Source of the DNA: Nitrosopumilaceae archaeon
GTDB lineage: Archaea; Thermoproteota; Nitrososphaeria; Nitrososphaerales; Nitrosopumilaceae
Direction: 5' to 3'
Assembly (NCBI GenBank): GCA_965207375.1
Contig: CBDBMG010000003.1
Span: 576,001 to 640,000 of the forward strand
Length of the DNA stretch: 64,000 bases
Shown one piece after another: positions 54,999 to 64,000 of the stretch. The notes under the pieces were generated by a model, which was not told where the DNA came from, did not search any database, and was given only the letters and a program-made list of their open reading frames with translations. Position numbers and translations under genes: made by a program. Numbering within the stretch: the stretch's first letter is position 1; every line of letters starts with the position of its first letter.

Positions 54999-55481
54999 CC
55001 TTTAAAATGTACAAGTTAATTTGACTTATAATCAAAATATCAATGTATACACAATGTATCATACATAGCCATATACAGATGCATGGTAAAGCTTTTTGCC
55101 AATGGTAGCTACGTATTACTGAAAGAAATTTTTATAGCTAAGATTAAAATTTTGTTGACTTCTTGACTACCAATGCTTTCCACTCAGTGTTTTGTGAAGA
55201 TTTACGTACAATACCATACATGTTATGTCATACCCTCAGATTGAGGTCATGCCCTCAGATTAACCATACTATCCGCTTTATATCTTCAGAATCTGTGTTA
55301 TATAACCTCACTATAGGTGATTTGGTTTTATCGATATCAACAGACTATGCTCATACTGAGTGCACAGAAAGCTATCAGTTAAACTAAGAGGGTCTTAACA
55401 CTGATTTGTAAAGCAGGCTAGGGCATGGCTTTTGTGCTAAAAAGCAGTTATGCCCAATTATAAAACAACCTATGTAATTTA

Positions 55482-57037
55482 TATGCTAAACAAAAACACC
55501 TTGGGCGTAAAAAAGTGCGAGGCCAATCAGAAGCCACAATGGTTATATAAGCGACCAAAAACTCTGATATCAAGTAAGGCCAAGAAGTTGAACATTTTAT
55601 TAAGAATTCTTTCACTTGAATGACATACAATAGTTTACAGGGCACTTTCACAACTATGATTGGCTTTGTCACTTGGCCACCTTTTTGTACTATCATCTTT
55701 TATATTTAAGGTGGCCAAGTGACAAAGCCAATCATAGTTGTGAAAATGCCCTGTAAACTATTGTATGTCATTCAAGTAAAAGGATTCATAAAATGTTCAA
55801 CTTCTTGGCCTTACTTGATATCAGAGTTTTTGGTCGCTTATATAACCATTGTGGCTTCTGATTGGCCTCGCACTTTTTTACACCCAAGGTGTTTTTGTTT
55901 AGCATATCACTACTTTTTGTTAGAGAAGAAAATATTATGAAGAAGTTGTTGGAGAAGTTGCTAAAAATTAGCATTCTTACTACAACGTGATAGTACTCAG
56001 CTTCGCTTCATCCTTATGCTGTTGCTGCTGCTGCTACTTGCCAGTTCACTTTCACCATAGATCATTTAGAAAATGGCATATGTCATTCAAATAGTTAGAA
56101 AATAAAGCTTTCGGTACCTCAGCTGATTCACACATACCTATTTACAATTCTGCACACAATCAGTATTGTAAATTTAACTTTGAAGCTTAATTTTGATAAA
56201 CTCACGCCTACAATATTTTTTTAACTTTTACTACAGAGTGGTACATCAATATAGATTGTGTATCTGAAAGTTTATGCAAATCATTTCAAGGGGTCCAAGT
56301 TATGACAACTTTCAACCTGCAGTGTAATAGCCTTTCTCAAATATATTCAAGTGTTTACTTCAGGCTGAAAGTAGTATGACAGGTAGAGCATACATTGGAG
56401 AAATGCTGATGCAAATTTGGCTGAAATCCATGAAGAAATGAGTGAGTTAGTAGACAAACAAGTGAATGTACAAAAAGAGAGTTTGAAAAAACTTCCGGGA
56501 TTCACACAAACCTCCCGCAAGCCCACGCAAAACTCCCGCAAGCCCACGAAAAAGTGTGCGATGAAAATGAAAGAAACAAACAAACAAACAAACAAAGAAA
56601 AAAAAAACGACGGGCGCCTAAAATATTTTTTGATGGAGGAAGGAGTTTATAAGGCGCGTGCGGAAAACTCGTGCCATGGATATCAAACAACTTCAGGTCA
56701 ACGATTCTTCATACATTGAAGGTACTATTTGTTTAGTAAACGAGTGAATAGGTGCCAAGGGGATGGTTTTTCGAGCGTGGGCGCACGAACGGACGCCATA
56801 AAACTCACAATGGCTGCTACTTAGGATTGGTTGGGCCGATTTCCTCCATTGTCGGTTTACTGATTCTATATAGTTAGAACGTGCTGAGTCCTTGATAACT
56901 AAGCGATAGCTTTCATGGCGGCTTATTTAGAGCGTTTACAAATTTCAGAGCGGTGCTACGTGTAAATAACTCACTTGTTCGTCGCGCGTACGGCCTGCTT
57001 CTTCTTGGCCTCGCGACTCACTATCGTGAGTCTTGAT
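55482..57037 (+). mobile_element. Family B HINE-like element, most complete copy
   Basis: Palindrome 55482-55907 (arms about 200 bp); sub-TIR core ggccaag/cttggcc; internal (AAAC)n; 3' cttcttggcct plus hairpin gactcac-tatc-gtgagtc. Confidence 0.85.
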
Positions 57038-57192
57038 AATTGAATGGTGGAAAGTACAACATACTGATGTAACTGATATATGCTATTCAGTATGCAACAC
57101 TAATTTGTAGCTACTCACCTAATGGTTCTTCAATCAAATAGCAGTACTCACGAGTCACAAGGATGGAACCAACTGGCAGGTAATATACGTAT

Positions 57193-58580
<1,388 letters not shown>

Positions 58581-59087
58581 GGTCTGGTTAAATATCTATG
58601 GCTTAACTGGCGGTAATCTGGTTGTATTCTCCTTAGGAATATTTTCCAAGGTACTAGCAGCTTCGGAGGTCTTCAAAGCCTTCACACGCACACAGTACAT
58701 GCACGGCTTCATTCATTTTCAAACTCCTGGCGCACACGTGTTACACAAACCAGTAAAACTTGATCCACAGCGCCACACGTGATTACCATTCCGTTCCGTA
58801 ATTTATGCCTTGAAATTCCGTGAATATTATTCCGTACCGTACCGTTCCGTTCCGTGAAATATACCCAGCCTCTTTGGTTACATTGTACCTCATAGATTTA
58901 AACATAGATCCTTAATCTATGATTTAAATGACACGTTTGCAAAAACACGAGACACGAGAATATCGGGAACTTTCGCGCGCCCCAGAAAATCTCGTTTTGC
59001 GGTATAGCCATCTCGAGATCCAGCTGTTTGTGCTGTTCCTCAGTGTCAATCCAGCACATAGGTTGGTTTAATCATAGAAGGGCCTAG

Positions 59088-60858
59088 CTAGTTGTTCACG
59101 TTCACCGTGCGGTCGCCTTTTCTTTAATAACTTCCGATAGAAACACGCCAAAATAAAAATTTATATATCATCATGAAGCCCGGAGACGATGCAACGAAAT
59201 AAGAAGTGCTTCGGCTGGAGTTATGTAGATTCAGAGATTGTAGTTTTCCTATGGAGAAGCCATTTAGCTATAATCCTTTAGCTTATTCAATTCTAAATGG
59301 AAGATAATGCTACATATGAGAATGGCGGTCTGTGGGTAAAGAGGTACCTTGAGTACTGCCTGGATCTCTACCTCTGGAAAATCAGAGATGTCCATCGAGA
59401 GGTGGGTAAATATAATTTCTATCAGTGCCAAACAGATGAAGATTAGAGCCAAAGGATGCATACAGCTGACCCAGCAGAAATAAGATATCCACGATCCAAC
59501 GGGATGAGATGGATGAAAGATCTTACTATGGGGACTATGGCCCAACAACTCAGATACAAAGGAGAGTACACACAATAAATCTGGAAGATCCCCATGAGCA
59601 GCAGTGAGGATGACCTCTTTTAGGGGCAACCTTTCTTCAGAAACACCTTTGTCCTTAGCAAGAGTCTGCAGTTCAAGCCAATGGCCATGCAAGGTTCTTC
59701 AAAATGGGCCCAACAAAAGGTTGGGCAAAATGTCCCTGATCTGAGAATATATTTCTCACAACACAAGCTCCGTCAAGTAGCCAATGAAAGCCGGCCATGT
59801 ACAAGGCATGCAGGTTAGGTTCAATACCAGCTCTCCTTACTAAATACTGAGCGGGCCATCCAAGGTAAGTAGGCATGGCCAACAGACTCACAAAATTCAT
59901 TACCCATAGTAGACAGAGATAGAGGAGACAAACTGTTGAGGATGAAATGCACAAGATCAGCCATTCATTGGGTGAGACCAAATATTTCTGTCCATCCAAG
60001 TCCAAGCACTGTGCTTCAGCCCAACCCTTATTATGGCCATGCTTTGTATGCGATGAGTGGGTGATCATATGCCCACCAGTTGTCACACTCCCTTCGGAGT
60101 AGTGTGTCCCTTAGTTCCAACCTGCCTTTTCTCCACTACATGTACTGTTGCCACCTGGCCAGCGGAACTGGGATTACCCCAGTCCTCAGAGCTTACAGAT
60201 TTCTTAGATTTTGTAGCCTTCATAATCAGTACACATTGTCAACCAAGTTTGGTGGGAAAGTCTTCAACACTTGACTCCTCTGCGGAGGTAGTCTCTACAG
60301 TTAGTAAAGAAAACTGATTATATACATCAACAGTGTAGCACAGGTTATCCACATCACCATCCGCCACTGACTCTCTGGAAGTGGGCGGGATGGCAAGGTG
60401 GCACCTTCGGGAAGATTCCGCATCTGCACAATCACCATCCCTCTGACCTAAAGTGTCAAGGACATCAATAGTATCCACCATAGACTCCCTAGAACTGGGC
60501 AGCATAGCAGGATGGCGTCCCAGAGAAGGTAGTTCATCAGCCTCATCACTAGGGGTATTAAGAGTGTCATCATTGCCATGGGGATCTATCAGGCAGTCAG
60601 CATCCCAATCAGCACAAGCCTACAGTCTTTTGAAGTTACCAAGCTAATAAATGTTCATGATGCATTTGTGGTAAAGCCGCACCGGTGTGTAATTAGTGGA
60701 TCATCTGTCCGTCAGTACCCATTTTTGCAAACGTGAGCATTGTGTGCGCATATTACGCATAATAAAAATAGTGACGTAGGAAACATGTCTACAATGCTTC
60801 GATCTTAAATGGCTTCATCTCAGCTAGTTTGACTGCACGGTGAACACGAACCAACTAT
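59088..60858. mobile_element. TIR-bounded element with a decayed minus-strand coding region
   Basis: tagttgttcacgttcaccgtgcggtc versus gactgcacggtgaacacgaaccaacta; higher-GC interior with abutting ORFs 60505-59264. Confidence 0.5.
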
Positions 60859-61118
60859 AGTCCCCCCAGTACCAGTATTTAGCCCTTGCAGCTTCAGAGT
60901 GTCTTAATTAACTCCCTAGCTTACTTGCTGCTATATATTAGTACTTCAAGTTACCGAGGCTCCCTGGCACTTTACATACTTCCATTATACCCTGGTCCCC
61001 CTTTGCTGGCTTCAGGGTCCCCAAGTTAAACTTCGTTATGCATGTACGTAGCTAGTTGTTTGCATTTGGGTCATTATAAGCTAACCACCATTTGCGTATA
61101 TACTATAGCTACCTCCAC

Positions 61119-61257
61119 TATAAAACTGATCAGAAATAGATGGATGACAAAGCACACCGAAGGCTATCATCAAAAATCATTAACCGGGTTAATCAGTGCA
61201 TTTTGATGATAACCTTTGGTGTGCTTTGTTATCCATCTATTTCTGATCAATCTTATA
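61119..61257. repeat. About 140-bp imperfect palindrome
   Basis: tgatcagaaatagatggatgacaaagcacacc mirrored by ggtgtgctttgttatccatctatttctgatca. Confidence 0.85.
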
Positions 61258-61259
61258 CA

Positions 61260-62345
61260 GCGTCAGGCTACTTTGCATGACCTTATTCTTTAGGGGCCCC
61301 GAGGATTTTGGTGCTTCTCCAGCTGCTTGCATGGCCATGGATTGTTCTCCTTCTATATTCTTGCATGCATGATGGTAGCTACTGAAGGATCTTGTATAGT
61401 TCCCTGTTTGTTATGGAGATTTGCTTTCTGGAAATACTATAGCCTACCTGATGTATTGACTTCTTGAGGCTAAGCCAAGGGGTTCAACACTTGCTGAAAT
61501 CTTGTACGAGATTTCGAAATCAGCTTGATTTCCAACTGATTTCTGTGATTTCAAAGCTCCAGAAATCAATTAATTGCATGGGAAACCCTTTGCGTGATAC
61601 TAGATAATAGTGCTTGATTTCTGATTTCTAGCCAGTGATTTCTGGCAAGAACGTACGAGATTTCAGCTAATGTCGGATCCCCGGGATAAGCAGTTGTTTC
61701 AATCTTGTCTTGACTAAGTCAGTTTTCTGAGCTCTTGTCCTTTACATGCATGATCAGGCCAGAATTCATGCCAACTCTTTACATAATATACCTCTATATG
61801 CCAGTGTGTGGCTTCAGGCCATTCCTTCTTATCCCTCAGCTACAATAACTGGCTTAGTGTTCCAATGTTTTCATCTGATTCTGTTCGTTGCATGTATGCG
61901 AATTCACCGGCATGATGCCTCGTAAAATGTTATTTTCATGATCTTCAAGATGACAGTGGCTGTAGAAGGAAACAACAGTACAGTTCTCATTTGGATGTTT
62001 ACAGTAAATCTAATTTGATGTCACCGCCATGCGCAATCTTTTATAGAATTCCCTTTTGAGTTAATCAGCTGTGTCAACTGCATGGTGTTGCTGCTGCGGC
62101 TATAAGGGTGAGATGGAGAATGATGTTCACCGTATAAGGCTGAGGTGCAGGCTGAAGTGCATGACAGGAATTTTTATTACCTTGGCTGTAGAGACACTGC
62201 ATGCACTCCTAGGCCTAATCCAGTTTGAAGACTTTGAGAGATATTGCTGTACAGACAATTGTAACAAACAAGAGTGGTGTGTCCCTGAGCCCTCTCCAAT
62301 CAAGAAGTACCATGCATGGATATCTCTGGAGATCTCACTAAATAC
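61260..62345 (+). mobile_element. Decayed CRE-like (RLE-type) non-LTR 3' fragment interrupted by a MITE at 61479-61682
   Basis: DQARIHA..ASVWLQAIPS, FDVT, GEME, IFITLAVETL remnants; MITE TIRs ggggttcaacacttgctgaaatc / gatttcagctaatgtcggatcccc. Confidence 0.45.
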
Positions 62346-62387
62346 CATATAGCTAATATCTGTAGCTATAGCTACGTATATATATAT

Positions 62388-62566
<179 letters not shown>

Positions 62567-64000
62567 ATTTTATATAACATTATACCATTTATTATAACAT
62601 TATACCATATATATACCATTTTATATAACATATATATATAACATTTTATATAGTTAATTATGTCCAGGTGCATGGACGGATCATAGAGAAACCACAGGGG
62701 TGGATAACTTAGTGCACAGGGGGAATAACTAATTGTCCACTCATCATGATTACATAATGAAACTGTAAAATACAAAAATTTTACAGCTTGAAACTAATAC
62801 GCAGTGATTTTACAGGCTATTTTTCACTATTGCAGTTCAAAGAAAATAAGATAGAAATCGCCAAGTTCAAGAAACAAGCTCTGACATATTCACTGGGCCA
62901 GTTACGTATATCACAGTACACTCATGAGTTAATATCTTAATTATTAACCCTCGTACTCAGCTTCACCTCGGACTTAAGTTAATTTAGCTACTAAGATAAC
63001 CCTCATTCTGGGATATACGTAACTGCTACTTAGTCCCATTCCCATTTCCCTAGAATTCATTATTGGTTCCTTTCTCCAAAATTGTTTTAATATACAACCA
63101 ATAGTTTCGTAACACATAGCTCCATATTGCTTAAATTGACTACATTTTATGTACGCAATATAAACTCTACATTTCTTATGCATTATGGATGCACTGCTGT
63201 TTGGCAACTATTAACAATTACGTTACAGATAATCAGCAGCCCATATATACGTACCTCACAGCAATACAATAATACTTTATGTATACAAGGCGGGTTAGCT
63301 CACAGAGTTTCATAAAATATATTGAAGAAGAATCAAAGGCTAGATGAATTGTTTGGAACAAATGTGACCAGGCCTACAAAAATCAACCATCTAGTCGCAT
63401 AAAAATTGCTTTATTTTTTCAACGTTGTCTTTTAATAACAACACAGATTTTCTACTACACATGGCGAATTTAATGCACTTAGGGGTCATTCACAATTTTA
63501 AACTTGTACAAGATTTAGAATACTCTTTTCCTAACCTCTCCCCATACCACACTGTGCACTCTGAAAATGTTGATGTCACATCTTTTTCTATGTATATCAA
63601 TGTTTTCAAGCATAGCTACGTATATAAAATATTACCTCCTCCCCCTAGTATACTATTTGTACACTTGCATAAAGGCTGAAAAAATTGTGCCTTAAATGTG
63701 TATGTGTCCCTCGATGTGTCCCTTGATGTGTCCCTACGTGTTTCTTAGTGATAAGTAGCTAACTTTTCATTTAACTATAGAGTAACACATGGTCTAACAA
63801 TTTCCAAAGGTCAGTACGTACATGCAATGCCTTGTGAAGTACTCAATAAAGAATCCTTTACGAGTTAGTAATTCTATCTCATTACGTATATATCAACTTT
63901 TGAAAGTGACAATCACACACAACTATTAGGTCTATAGTTACTTACGTATAAATACAACATCTGCGTAATAATTATGATCAACCTTTGATCTCAACAACCA

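Overview
AT-rich, intron-containing eukaryotic DNA dense in (CA)n, (TACA)n and (TA)n microsatellites. The short GT-AG introns and repeat style suggest an invertebrate metazoan, possibly a demosponge (inference only). Host-gene content is small: four 3' exons of a DCAF4-like WD40 gene (minus, 21394-23272) and three candidate exons of an unknown plus-strand gene (14614-18070). Most of the window is mobile DNA. It includes a roughly 20-exon, partly frameshifted Kyakuja-Dileera-Zisupton (KDZ) transposase gene (minus, about 49255-54998) and a 5'-truncated R4/Dong-like non-LTR retrotransposon sitting inside a (TAG/TGG)n microsatellite. There are also CR1/L2- and CRE-like fragments, several hAT MITEs with 8-bp target site duplications, other MITEs, a decayed PD-(D/E)xK nuclease-like ORF and a CG-1-like/Mutator fragment. 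Three sequence-unrelated non-autonomous families share a Helentron/HINE-like plan: sub-terminal inverted repeats, a 3' stem-loop with an AC-TA(C/T)C-GT core and long 5' palindromes whose two arms carry the same copy-specific variants. All calls were made by eye; no alignment or database search was run.
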